From Lytechinus pictus (taxonomy: Eukaryota), in contig NC_087247.1 of NCBI RefSeq assembly GCF_037042905.1, forward strand, positions 1,550,001-1,614,000: DNA of 64,000 bases. The letters run 5' to 3'. Made by a program: the position numbers and the translations under genes. Positions 1 to 12,700 of this stretch are shown here, piece by piece. The notes beneath the pieces were generated by a model. That model ran no database searches, was not told the origin of the DNA, and saw only the letters and a program-made list of their open reading frames with translations. Numbering within the stretch: the first letter of the stretch is position 1; each line of letters begins with the position of its first letter.

Positions 1-260
1 TAGTCATTTAGTCCATATACCGTTTGGTCTAATTGGAATATAAAGTGTTACATTGTGTAAAATGAGTGAAACTGAAATGGATATCAGACCAACTGATTAT
101 GAGACGAAATGGTCAGAGACGAAATGGTGATTAGACGAAGTGATGATTGGACCAAATGGTTGTTAGACGAAATGTCGATGGACGGAATGGCATTAGGCTA
201 AATGAAAGTAGGCCATGTGGTGAGTGGACGAGTTGGCAGTCGACGAATTGGCAATATACC
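1..260. repeat. Degenerate tandem repeat of about 20 bp (tagacgaaatgg / ttggtctaat family), also at about 39140-39770
   Basis: Repeated gacgaaatg and gaccaa units; the complementary ttggtctaat units recur near 39650-39760. Confidence 0.65.
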
Positions 261-978
261 GGGACCGTAGCATTGGAGAAAAGCTAATAAAAAAAGGATG
301 CCCTGGTAGTTGGGTCCCTGGATTACACCTGTTCATATCGAGTGACTGGCACTCGACTATGATTCGTAACGATTCCATATTGCTGTATCTATACACATAT
401 CTTGGACGTTTATGAAGTCAGATGGGGATTAAAACGCAAGGTAATCCACCTGCAAAGGATCTCAATTGAAACACAATCAACAGGTGTATTAATTGATCTA
501 AGCGAGGACCACACATATTGATCATGGAATGCAATATGTAACCACGCGGTTATAGCTTTGGAGATTTTGGAGATGTGGTGACGTGTGTCACATTACACAT
601 GATGCGTCATTTCTATCGTATTTGCATCATGCGCATATAAAGCATATAAACATAACAGAGCAGATATGCGATTCATAAAAACATTCTACAGTGACATGTC
701 GCCCTCGCGAAGGCATTTACAAATGTTGCGTCTATCGCTGTTTGCCAAGTAAGGCAAAAATACGTTTTAAAGAGTTCATCTAACGTTTCTATTCCGCTTC
801 CAAAGGGACTTTGGAAAGTATTACCCAGGGTTTACATCACATAAGTATTTCAGGGAGTTCCCGCCATGTACACATCTACATCATCCGGTTGAGTGCAGCA
901 CAAAGCAGATCAATTTCTTGCTGAGGAAAATTACGTCATTGCAGGGATTTCGACCCTGCGACTCGCTGTTTCCAATTT

Positions 979-1266
979 AATAATAATAATAATAATAATA
1001 GCGGTATATTTACCCAGGGTAGCCGCTTCAGTTCCGAAAACTGTTCTCCCAGCGGGCCCTGCTATTATTACCCCGGCTTTAGCTGGGCTGCCTAGGCGCT
1101 CAAGCATTAAAGGAATTAATCCTGCCGGGTACCCATTTACCTCACCTGGGTCGAGTGCAGCACAATGTGGATAAATTTCTTGCCGAAGGAAATTACGCCA
1201 TGGCTGGGATTCGAACCCACGACCCTCTGTTTCAAAGTCCGAAGACTAACCCACTGGACCACAACG
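979..1266 (-). mobile_element. tRNA-derived SINE with (ATT)n tail; decayed partial copy at about 885-970
   Basis: Minus-strand A-box-like gtggtccagtgg and B-box ggttcgaatccc; gtaaatgggtacc core; (aat)n at 979-1000. Confidence 0.8.
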
Positions 1267-2155
1267 ATTACGAAACGTCATTATCTGAGAAAGATGTTTT
1301 CTTATTGAATTCAATCCAATACTGCCATGTACCATAAATTTCCATCTGGTTGCTTATCAGACCATCTGCGTAACGATTGGTTATCTCATGAACATTCAGG
1401 GTTGAAATTAATAAAGTTTCTTCAGTTTACCCTTCCAATTTTGGAAAAGACTCTCATTGACTTAATTTGTTTATTTGTTTGTATTTCCCCTTTCGTAAAC
1501 TCCTATACTATTTATGTGTTCATTTAAACATTCATTTAATATATTTGAAATAAGGCTTGCCAGAAAAGGCGTCGGAGTTTAATTCAAGGATACAATTCAT
1601 CGCCAACCTGCTTAATCGAATTGCTTATCTAAATTTCCTTGCGATTTGAAACATCTATGCCCCTTTTTATTAAAATAATTCTCAAGATATTTCGTGATCT
1701 TAAGGGAACGTTGTTAAATACTTTTCTCCTACTATATGGAGTAAAATTTGTAATGATCAATGATCGCTGACGCGGTGGAAAAACAAATATACCTGACACA
1801 ATATAATATATTATGTCTCCGTAAATATATTTATACAGAATTTCGTTTCTTCTGCCAATAATCACTAACATTCGTATCATTATACTATGATCAAAAAGTA
1901 AAATCATCATAATTCGTAAGAAAATACGGAGCTACAAAAGTGGTAACTGGCGATCAAAACTATCATTAAAATAATAATCAATAAGACAATCAAAGAGATT
2001 TGTTGAGAGGTTCTGCGACGATGTGGATAATTTTCACAATATGTTATATCTACGCATGCGCACCTTTCTTGTAGAACCTATTAATGCCCATTTTCTTATT
2101 GATCCCCTCCCTTTAATTTGAATAATCAAAATTTTTCATTTTTTTTCTCTTGCAG

Positions 2156-2260
2156 TATTACCAATGTACAAAGAATACCAATGAGTGGAATACAAACCAA
2201 GAAGTTCAGATATATGACCAAGTGCAGTGTTTTTGGTTATGCTATGTGCAGTAGATACAG
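2156..2260 (+). CDS. Gene A (EMI-domain type I receptor), internal exon with central EMI part: ITNVQRIPMSGIQTKKFRYMTKCSVFGYAMCSRYR
   Basis: Pyrimidine tract plus ttgcag acceptor; AG|gtaagt donor; 105 nt, phase 2-2. The Y..C.....C..YR motif matches the equivalent exons of genes C and D. Confidence 0.85.
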
Positions 2261-2402
2261 GTAAGTGAATAAGTGAAATACAATATCCTGTTCTCGACTA
2301 ATGGGACATCGCAAGAAACTAGCAATAAATAGCTAGTCACTGTTAAGTCCTAACATCAATCACAAGTCTTGTAATGGATTAAAAATGTACAATTGATTGC
2401 AG

Positions 2403-2746
2403 GGGGCCGTTTCATGAAGCTGTTCGTAAGCTAAGAGCGACTTTAAGAACGACTGGCGATCCTTTCTTACGCGCTAAACCATCGCAAATAAATATACCCT
2501 TTATCATAAGAAAGGATCACCAGTTGCTCTTAACTTATGAACAGCTTTATGAAACACCCACCTGGGGGCCGTTTCATAAAGCTGTTCGTAAGTTTAATTT
2601 AAAGAGCGACTTTAAGAACGACTGGTGATCCTTTCTTGTGGTGAGTGGTATATTCATTTACGATGGTTAAGCGCGTAAGAAAGGTTCACCAGTCGTTCTT
2701 AAAGTCGCTCTTATCTTATGAACAGCTTTATGAAACACCCACCTGG
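2403..2746. mobile_element. Two tandem copies of a short palindromic MITE; relatives at about 11930-12113 and 58970-59535
   Basis: tttcataaagctgttcgtaag ... cttatgaacagctttatgaaa inverted arms. Confidence 0.75.
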
Positions 2747-3321
2747 TCTGTTTCTCAACAAGTATCAATTTATTTACTTTAGTAATACAAATTGATCTCA
2801 TCACTTGTGAATTTTCAACTGAACTTTGCAATTGATTGCAAATATTTTCTTGCAACACCCCTATGTCCTCTAAATACTGAACTTTATGTCGGGAACAATG
2901 TCGAAAGAATATTTTATCATCGACTCACCAAGGGGAAGGTGAAAATGTTATACAATATTATAAAGAAAAAATATCGCATATAAAAGGACGGGAGACGAGA
3001 ATAGGGAATAAAACAGAAATCACAATGAAGGAAGAAATATTGACAATACAAATAATGTAGAGTTAAGTATTCACTTCATTGCCCGTAAACGGTGAATAAT
3101 TCAAAGTGTTTAGCATGCGGTATAATACCACGTTGCATGAAACTTTATCTTCGAATTTGATGTCATACAGCTCACTGTGCTTGCACTTGGGCTTTCTTGT
3201 TCCTCTTATCTTAATTTCCTAATCATTTTTTTCATTAATCTATTGAATTTGATATATTCATTAAATTCAGATTTCAGAATGTAACTGTTTTTTTTTTTCA
3301 CTTTGATTTCGCACACGTCAG

Positions 3322-3440
3322 GTTGGTTTACGTGAATGCATTTCGTGAATTGGTAACGACTCAGTACGCTGTAAGACCTGGCTGCTGTAAAGGCTACGTT
3401 CAAGATGGTACTATGTGTCTGGAGGCGCCACCAACGACAA
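3322..3440 (+). CDS. Gene A exon with C-terminal EMI part: LVYVNAFRELVTTQYAVRPGCCKGYVQDGTMCLEAPPTT
   Basis: cag acceptor and gtaagt donor; phase 2-1; CCxGY...C motif; in frame with both neighbouring exons. Confidence 0.85.
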
Positions 3441-3539
3441 GTAAGTTACAATCTACCTTAGATTTCAAGACAAAAGACAATATAATCTAAGCAAGTCAGG
3501 CGGAACAAGGTTGAATGTTTGTCGAAAATAAATTTCGGG

Positions 3540-3835
3540 TGTTTTCACACTGCGACGCAGAACGAATTCAAGAACACACTGAATGTATAAATGCCCGTCA
3601 AATGACAATGAACAGCTGGGAGGTCATGGTCGAAATTTGTGAACCAAAACAGCAGTTTCGTCCTCAGCTGACTGAGCTGACGAATAGTATTACTAAAATG
3701 TCGTTTGTCAAGCATCCAGGACGAAACTGCTGATTTGATTCATCAATTTTCGAAAGAGACTGCTTGGTTTCTCTTTGTCATAAAGGATATTTTCTGTTTC
3801 TTGAAAAGCTCTGCGTCGCCGTGCGAAAAATCCGT
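3540..3835. repeat. Dispersed MITE-like repeat, second copy at about 32985-33260
   Basis: Shared gacgca..gaattcaa..acac and tccaggacgaaactgctg.tttgattca.caattttcga; cgacgcaga / tctgcgtcg inverted ends. Confidence 0.7.
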
Positions 3836-4959
3836 ATCGTCTCTATCGCACGTCAAAGTATTCGAGGGTAAACATAAATATTCGATAGAAACCACAACCT
3901 GTCCGTCCTATTCGTGATGGTATGTGTACAGCCACAGTCTCATCGACTCTATTTTGACTGATAGGCCTTGCATTGTGAATAATGGCATAGATTTGATAGG
4001 TCTGCAATCGATTTCCTCGGTGTGACTACGGTTTAAGTCAGGCAACGGTTACCAGGCAGGAAAGTGGGATGATGTCAGAAGACCCGACAAGTTAGAACAC
4101 ACTACCGGATCTGCAGTCAATTATGCCTCCAGTCTCGTCAATAAGAACATGGATGATGTCAGGGCAGACGAAGAGTGGGAACACACTATACGGATCTGTA
4201 GTCAATAATGCCCCTGGTCTCGTTTTAAGAACACGAATGATTCAGTTTCCTCTGACTCGCTTCTGAACCGTGAATGTTAGTTCCACATCTCTCATCCCCC
4301 TTTATCTTGGAGCGAAAGAAGGAGGCACGAACTTCGTTTCAAGAATAGAACAGAGACCCAAAGCCAGTTAGATTCCATACTTGGGGAAGCGAAACCTACC
4401 ACATGAAGACACGTACGTTTGTTTAGAATTCTGATGATTTATCTTTTGGAAAAGAACGAAAATCTAATGAGACGTAAATAAATAGCTAGAAAATCTAAAC
4501 AATAATTATCTAAAGTGAACATTTATAATTTCTTTGAAACATTCCAATGTGCCAGAAACATCTTATAAATCTTTCCATCATTCTGATACAAAATACACTC
4601 CAAATATACTGAAATGTTTGAATTCGTGATGTTTAAAACAAATCTCATCAACATAAACTAATAATTTTTAGGAAAGCTAAATCGTTATCCGGTTATCCTC
4701 ATGGAAACATATCACATGATTCAGCTCGATGTCATCGTTAGAATAAGGTTAGAAACTGTAATATTGTTATGATCTCATGTAGATGAGATTTTGTTTATGA
4801 TGATTCAAAATGTGATAGATTTCACACATGTTGGATCTCATTGGGGTTATAGGGGACAGGTATGAGTCTATCGTTCAGCACCTATTTAGTAACAGATGAT
4901 ATTAGGAACAGTTTATTCGGTATGACGCTTGGGAGTGACTCGAGATATGGGTCCTTTGT

Positions 4960-5205
4960 CAAATAGGAACGTTCGAAATAACAAATGCTCTAGAAGTGTT
5001 CTAGATAGGAAGTGGTTTGGAAATGTTCTGAGTAAAAAAATAAATTCTGGACTAGAAAATGTTCTAAATAATATATGCTCTAGAATAGTCCTGAATAACA
5101 CCAATACAAATGCTCTAGAAATGTTCTAAATAATAAGTGCTTTGGAAGTGTTCTGAATAAAAAAGAAATGTTCTAGAATGTCCCAAAACAATCGCTCTAG
5201 AATTC
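4960..5205. repeat. Degenerate minisatellite (tgctctagaa..tgttctaaata units)
   Basis: Recurrent ctagaa and tgttct motifs. Confidence 0.7.
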
Positions 5206-5946
5206 CAAGACAAATTTACTCTGGGTGAATTTTATATTATATGTATTCAGCAATCCGGAATATTTTGGTTGCAGGGACTGAAACTACTGGAATACTTTGA
5301 TCTGATATTACATTCGACTATATGTATTTCTTGATCATAAACATAATAGAGGAGCGTCCAAAGACCATTTTCTTTTAAAAAAGACAATAAGGTGCTCAGT
5401 GATAAAAAAAAGGGGCTACATATCGTGGACATATATAAGGTAGAACATATTCATATAAAAATTCAAACAACATGAAGAGTATCATCTGATATAGGCCATT
5501 TAAGAACCTTTATACGATTGCAAAAGCCCGACATATTTACATGATCCTGGCGAAGTCCAATTGGTAGTTCCATGGAAAATAATTTCCATGGAAATTTCAT
5601 TCTGTATTCTTAATATTTTACTAACTCTCATGAACTACGTCTGCAGTTAATTTGCTTTTAATGGTGGCACGATCGACTGTGGTTTCCTCTATTCCATGAC
5701 AGGACCCTTCTATGGAAGAAAGATTGTCTCTTCTTGTTTTGTTCGTAGTGACTTTACACTTGGGAATTATCGTTACTAATTTGAAAGGATGTCTATAACT
5801 TTCAACATTGTTTTGATCTTGTATCGCACCAGGGTTCCATGTACCATAACCACAATGAGGTCAGTATACTTTTGCTTGACTAACATTGGAAAATGATTTG
5901 ACATGATGTATGCTTTAATTCTTGCACCCCCCCCCCCCTACTCCAG

Positions 5947-6286
5947 TGCCTCCTCAGACGTCCACGAGAAGCCCGACGACAGTCAGAACACAAACAGTGA
6001 GGGCGCCTTTCGGCGATGTGTCTCCCAGAGGATCTTCGGGTGGCTACCCTATCAAGGAAGGCTCTGGAGTGTCTAAGGGCCAGTCTGGTCATCGCGATGA
6101 GGTACTCATAGATCAGGAAGGAGGCTACTTTGAGGTGAATCCTGATTACAAGGGGCCGGCTGTGGATCGAGTGTTGCCTCTGATTGCGTCTGGTGTTGCA
6201 GGGGTCATTACCCTGACCGCTGTAGTAGCCTTCGTGCTGATTTTCATCAGTAGGAGGAAAAGGAAGCGCAACAAGGTCCAACCTGG
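5947..6286 (+). CDS. Gene A exon: Ser/Thr/Pro/Gly-rich stalk, TM helix (VLPLIASGVAGVITLTAVVAFVLIFIS), basic stop-transfer RRKRKR
   Basis: Lies in ORF 5922-6290; ctccag acceptor and gtaaga donor; phase 1-2. Confidence 0.88.
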
Positions 6287-7689
6287 GTAAGAATTCGTCC
6301 CCATTAGCATCCACGATGAAATCTAACATTCATTTTTAAGTTAATGCGACTTGCTCGTCGTGATTTGCTATTTAACAATTTGGTTTGAAAAAAAAAAAGG
6401 TTGAGGAAAAAAATCCTATTATTAAAATATTGCGGGAATGTGGGCATAGGTTTAGAACACTTATGCTTCATCTGTTTTATGAAAGAAAATCTGCAGATAA
6501 TTAACCAATTAACGAATTAGGGAATGTTAATATGCTTCCGATGAGGATGATATATACGGCTTTTTTTTTCTTGTTATTCTACATTTTGCCGAAAGACTGA
6601 TCTGTTCCCGATCCCTAGATAATCATTTTGCGATTAAAACAGATGCATGTTCAGTTTTTAGAATATGTATTTATGTTGACAAGCGAGAAACAACATGAAA
6701 AAAATAACAGGTTGGGATTAAGAGATATGAGGCTCCCTTTGCACGACTTCTATCGAGAAACCGTGTTAAACTCAATGGCTACGGAAACTTACTGGTTTCT
6801 GTATTAATGAAAATGGAAGTGAGAGAAGCTGGTTATCCATGTGCTAAAAAAGATGTAAACGATTCCTCCAAATAGCTGGGAATTATACTTAGAGTCGACC
6901 ATCACACTATTGGGAAGCCAGTTTTTGCATATAGAGAGGTAAGGGACGGATCAAGGGAAACTTCTAGTCGAAAGGTTATTTTGTAGGCGGCAACTGCCCC
7001 CTCTCCATCCCCAGCATACATCGCTTTAGTCCTAATTGACTCATTCGCCACTATCGCAAATTATCATTCTCAAAGTCAACGCCGTTGCCAATTCCCGAAA
7101 TAAACCCGATCCTATCTAATCAAACTATTATTCCGACACCCCTTATCCCTCCTACCAACTCCCTGTCGTTTTTTAAATCACCTGTTTCTTTTAACCATTT
7201 CCATTGTTTCCGCAATTGTTTCAACGGCACGTATTAGAGCCCCAGAGAATGATAGACACTAATCCATAATGTCTGTAGATTTCCAAATTAATACTTGGCT
7301 ACATTTATATACAGTATGATAAATCTATAACACCTGCTTTTAAGAGTACGTGTGTGTCTAAAGAAGAATTTTATTACTCATCAAAGTATTCCCCAGAGGC
7401 ATTTCTAAAATACACTTTTGATGACGATGGTTTTTTTTAAGACGTGATATTCTTTAAAATGGAAAATAGATTTACAATGGAGTTCAATTTCTTAAACAAG
7501 CATTGTCGGAATGATGAGGCCCAAAGCAAAACAGTGAAATCGTGACATCGCAGTGAGTTTATCGTCATGGTGGCAATACAATTTTGTTTTTCGTTATAGA
7601 ATGTAGATAATGTCGCGTATTTTGAATAATCACTTTATCCTTCATTTTCCTTCCCTCATCCTTTTTGTTTTCAATTTCTATGTTCGCAG

Positions 7690-7856
7690 ATTTCATGACT
7701 CTGTTCGGTTCCGAACTAACCACCAGCCGAAGGATACGACTAAGCTCGAGATGAAGAGAATGTCAACAGAGAAATCATCAGCACACGCCTTAGCGCTTGC
7801 TGTCACTAATCCAAACCCCAAGGCATCCAATAAATTCAAGAGATTGTCTCGAAAAG
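7690..7856 (+). CDS. Gene A short cytoplasmic exon (FHDSVRF...KRLSRK)
   Basis: Long pyrimidine tract plus cgcag acceptor; weaker gttaat donor; phase 2-1 links the TM exon to the last exon in frame. Confidence 0.75.
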
Positions 7857-8936
7857 GTTAATAATATTATTTATGTATTTACATGAGATGAATAAGTACA
7901 ATTACAAGTCTTCTTATCTTCTTGTCTTGAACCGAATAGAACGACTTAATTTTATTTTATTGTGATTATGATTGATTTTTAAATTTCGCATTTTCTCCAC
8001 TCTCGATTTAGAAATGTACATCAGATTATAATCATGTATTCATAAACATAACAATTACTGAACAGAGTTTTCTAGAGTGAGGGGGACAACTGAAATAAAG
8101 CCATATTACATAATTCAAGCACGGTGATGTAAAACATTTATAAAGTACAAAGTATAACAAGGAGATAGAAGGGAAAATATATGCAGCTAATGAACACAGA
8201 CACGAAATTCATGATTTCAAGGCATAAGAATTTAAAAGCTGCTATAAATCTGTATCAATATTGAACAATTAGCTAAAAAGGTAAAAATAGCTGTTTCCTT
8301 TAAATCAGGAGATGGCGCGCTTCAAGACAGTAAACAGAACAAGTGAAGCATCCGACAGATAAAGACAAAAATTTCGTTGTGATCTCTGGGGATGGGACAG
8401 TCCGGGGGGACAGTACCTGTCTGACAAGTTAGAGGCAAAATCAGGGGGGGGGGTAGGAACTCGAATTTTGATCTGGTGATACATGTATCAGATCAAAGAA
8501 TACACGGACGAAAAACAAACAGGTAGGATGCGATTTCAGAGCAGGACCTGGTGTTAGATAACTGCAGAGGGCGCAATGGCAGCTCTTGACACAGCGACAT
8601 AAGTATTAAATTGGAACAGGATTTGGAAAGACTCAAGCAAACGTATTTAAGACACTGTCTCGGTCGTCTTTATCGAGACAGTATTTTCTTTATAATTTTT
8701 TTTCTTGTTCTCCTTTTGCTTAAATCATGTATATTAAACACATTAGACATGCTAGAGGTCATAATCGACGATATGCCAACGATGTTGTAATGCAATCTAA
8801 ATTTATATTTAATCTAAAGATGGAAGTGAGAAAGTGTTGCTTTATTAGAAAGATGGAAAGTTAATTTTACTTGTCATAATGCAATTCTTAAACTATTTAA
8901 ACTCTTTTGTGTCTGTTTTTTTCATGTCTTCTTTAG

Positions 8937-9784
8937 ATGGACCTTATGTGGAAATATCGGATATTCCGGGAACACCGTTCGCGAGAGTCACCTCAAAGAC
9001 GGAAGAGACGATACGATCGGATCTACAAAACAACCAAGTACACGCTGCTTTCATCAACAACAGAAGAAGTTTGAACGAATCCCAACGAAAACAGAGAAGT
9101 CCCGTGAAGCGTGGTGGCTCAATGAAGATTGTTCCCCAATACGCCGTGGTCAACAAGCTAAGAAAACCTGACACCGACTGCGAAGAGCTGTTGGACGCCA
9201 AGAATAGCCCTAAAAATAACAACGACGCAGAGGACAACCTCCATGGAGCTTACCACGCCTTTACCCTTGAACATCAAGTTACTGGAGATTCAGCCCCGCT
9301 GTATGCAGATCCCAATCAGAAACAACAGAACAAGTCAAGAACGTGGGCTTGTCGCGTTGGTTCAAGTCTGAAGGAGAATCGTGTCAAAGGTGTGGGTACG
9401 CTCACACCAGGGAACGTCTTAGCTCTGGTGAAGCAGAGCAATCTTCGAGAAACATCCAAACTCTTTACGAGCTGCGGCGATGGGGTCGGGAACCGCCGCC
9501 TCTCGTCGGGTTATACAAACAAAGATGATGATTCAGAAAACTCGAGTGGATACAGCTCACTCCGTCACAGCATTGAGGGGGAACCGGACATGTACGGGAA
9601 GTTGAACCATGCTACCAGTGTAAAACCCTCAAGTCCGCCCGATACCAAGGGTCAGACAGCTGCGTTAGAAGCAGCAGACGTCAATGACTACGATAAACTC
9701 AGACGAGGTCCCAAGTCGAGAACTCTGGGGTTGAAATGGGCAACATCAGGGCATTACGAGACCTTAGACGTTGATGAAACATGA
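8937..9784 (+). CDS. Gene A terminal exon: Tyr-motif cytoplasmic tail (YVEI, YAVV, YADP, SGYSSL, YGKL, YDKL, YETL)
   Basis: Lies in ORF 8879-9784; tctttag acceptor, phase 1; ends at TGA. Confidence 0.85.
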
Positions 9785-12700
9785 TGCTGACGTCTTTAAA
9801 CTTTTCTATAATGAAAGACACGTACATATTAAGTAAAACGTAGGACGACGTCCTACGGCTGATCTTTTGCAATAACTGAAACACTAGCCAGAGAAACCGG
9901 AAAAGGACCTGATGGCAACTTCCAAGGACTAACACGGCATAATATCGGTGGAAACCGTAAATGATACGTATGTATCCATGTACTGTCATATCTGCTGGTT
10001 GTTGCACCGCTAACTAAAAAGTAACAGTGATACCTTATAGCGGTATTGTGGCTCGGTTGATAAGTATCCGGACTGTAAACCACAAGGTACGGTGTTGAAA
10101 TCCCTCTGGGGCACCCGCGTCCTTTGGCAATGCGTTTTATTCACATTTCCCACTCTCCACCCAGGTATAGCAAACGTGTACCAGGTACGAGGCATTTCCT
10201 CGAATAAACGAACGCCCGATAACATGGATGATGTTTGCCACGCTAAAGCCGGGGTAATGTTATGCTGCGCTTAGAAAAAAGCGTATCTAGTGATGTGTAA
10301 GCATAATTCGGTCACTTTGTTAATCATTATAAATGGTGATTCATTGTGCCTATCCACACTTTCATAATAGATAGATAAAAGATGTTAGTCAGAACCCGTG
10401 ACCATGATGTTGCACACTAAATTAGACATTTGTTATGATTTCGGTCAGCGGGTTTAACCTTCCCAACATGACTCGGGATTTATTTGTTTTTATTTGTGGA
10501 GACTAATCTGAGCTGAAATAGTTGAGGTAAACTTTCATACTCTCCCTTTCCCCTTTCTCCCAGTAATAGTTAAAGGGTTGGAGTCAGGAAACTTATTTGC
10601 TCATCTATAAAATATTTTAACATATTTGTACTTTTAATGTACGTAAATGTTTATGATGTGGCTTAAAGGTAATATTACATATTGAACACAGTAAAAATGT
10701 TTTCCAAAACTTCATGTAGTAAGATTTACTTTTAGGCTTACGTGGGATTTTTATAGATGAAATTTTGAAAATGAAATTCATTATACTTTGTAGTTTCTGT
10801 TCAAGGATTTTTTTTAGAAATGTATATAACAGATGATACTTTTGTACTTTCCACTTGTAAATATTGATGGAAGAACTTATCTAACTTGTCTGCCGTATTC
10901 ACTTTTCACATTGAAATGATACAACCTCCGTTGAAAAAATTTTTACAACTACGATGTGATATACTAGTAATGTATGAGGGAAAACCCCTATAAATTACTG
11001 CAGGATGTGAACTAAAAACATCGAGTCACGATATCATGTGCCTATTGTCTATAAACAATGACTGGTGTCTTTAAAAAATGAAAGTGAAACTCCATAATAC
11101 ACAAAAGAAACCCATCATATCTCCATCAACAATCTTCATTGTAATTCCCAACATGCCCAATGATTATAGATATATTTTGTGAAAAAAAATGACCGATTTA
11201 ACTCTTCGTGTGTAACGTGTGCAAAATTGGACATACAAAGATTCACTGAACAATCGTAATACTTAGCTCCCTCTTTACTGAATAAAAAAGGTTATTTGTG
11301 TAAGTACCAGGTACGAAATAATTACATGTATAACTCATGCAATAGTATTAATCAATCAGTAAATAAAAAACAACAATTTTTCTCAATCATTCTGATTTTT
11401 TATCAGCTTAATTTGAGGATCGAGAACTAAGTTGAGGATAGGAATTATATTTATCAACAAGCATTTAAATGAAATTCTTGTCATTTTTTCTCCAAATTTG
11501 ATTTGAGTTATGAAAATTTACCCCACTATAACGAATCATTTAGGATAAGAAGTCATCAGTTATTTGTGTAACGTATAAAATTGACATCATCTTTATCATC
11601 TGTCACATCTCAAACTATTATCCTATAACGCTCCCTAGCTACGTGTCATTTGACCAGTTAGTATTGTGACATGACGTTTTCTGAATACATCTATAGCATC
11701 TTTAATCGGCATGTGCAATAGAAAATTCATTATTACAGTATTGAAATTTTTGGTGATAAATTGGACTGATTGTACACGGGGCTGCGACTTTCTATATCAA
11801 TAACCAAAAATAACTCTTGGGATACTATAAATATGAATACATGTTCAATTTTTATTGTTATATCTTGTATGGTACATAAATCGATCTAGTAATGAATGCT
11901 AACACTATTAATGAAGGGGCTGTCACTCGTGGTGTGCGTTTCATAAAGTTGCTCGTAAGTTACGAGCGAATTTACAAACGACTGGTGATCCTTTTTTGTG
12001 GTAAGTGATGGACACCATATTTCCATTGGTGTGGTTTTCGTTCCTAAGAAAGGATACCAGTCGTTCGTAAAGTCACGCGTAGCTTACGAACACCTTTATG
12101 AAACTCCCACCTGGACGTTTTAGCCAGCGTGTGACGACGTATTGTACGTATGGTCAGCCCTTTTCTCTTTCTTTCACATTTGTTGATATCAAGCTTTAAA
12201 TTCTACATAACTGATAATATTAATAATTAATTTCTTTTTGAAGAATAATTTTCATTGTTAATAAAAAAAGCAATTCTTAATACCAAGAAATGAGAGTTCA
12301 AGGATCATTTTTAATTCAAAGGATTGTAAGTAGATCCATACCGTCTGTGAATATAGAGACCAGTCGAATATTATATTTAAATATAAAGCAAAACGATTTG
12401 AAATTGAATATTTCGAGATCTTAGAGTTAATCCTTAAAATTAGAAATGAATTTACAGCCAGATTTACAATCTGGATTTATTTAAAATCCTTGAAATTTAG
12501 AGTGATAGCTTGACATAACCTACTCATGTCGACAAAAACTAAATGTATAGATATTCCTGACGTACTGATTGTGAAAAAGGGAGGCTAGTGGCGACCTAAT
12601 CTTTTTCGAAAATACCAATATGGCAATTATCCACTTCTCATCATAGTATTTCAACGTAAGTTATAGCCATACCCATGGATTATTATTGCTTTGACGGTTG

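Noticed and set aside
696-748. Possible first exon for gene A (MSPSRRHLQMLRLSLFA, phase-2 gtaagg donor)
   Set aside because: The phase fits, but it has no good hydrophobic core and lacks the first EMI Cys found in the B-E first exons. The true exon is probably upstream of the window.
6136-6150. NPDY (NPxY) motif in gene A
   Set aside because: It lies N-terminal to the TM helix, so it is extracellular and cannot be a PTB-binding site.
5880-6329. Antisense and alternate-frame ORFs over real exons (also 8944-9237, 21558-21848, 23387-24412, 32641-32847, 36116-36379)
   Set aside because: They are shadows of GC-richer coding exons with no motifs or splice support.
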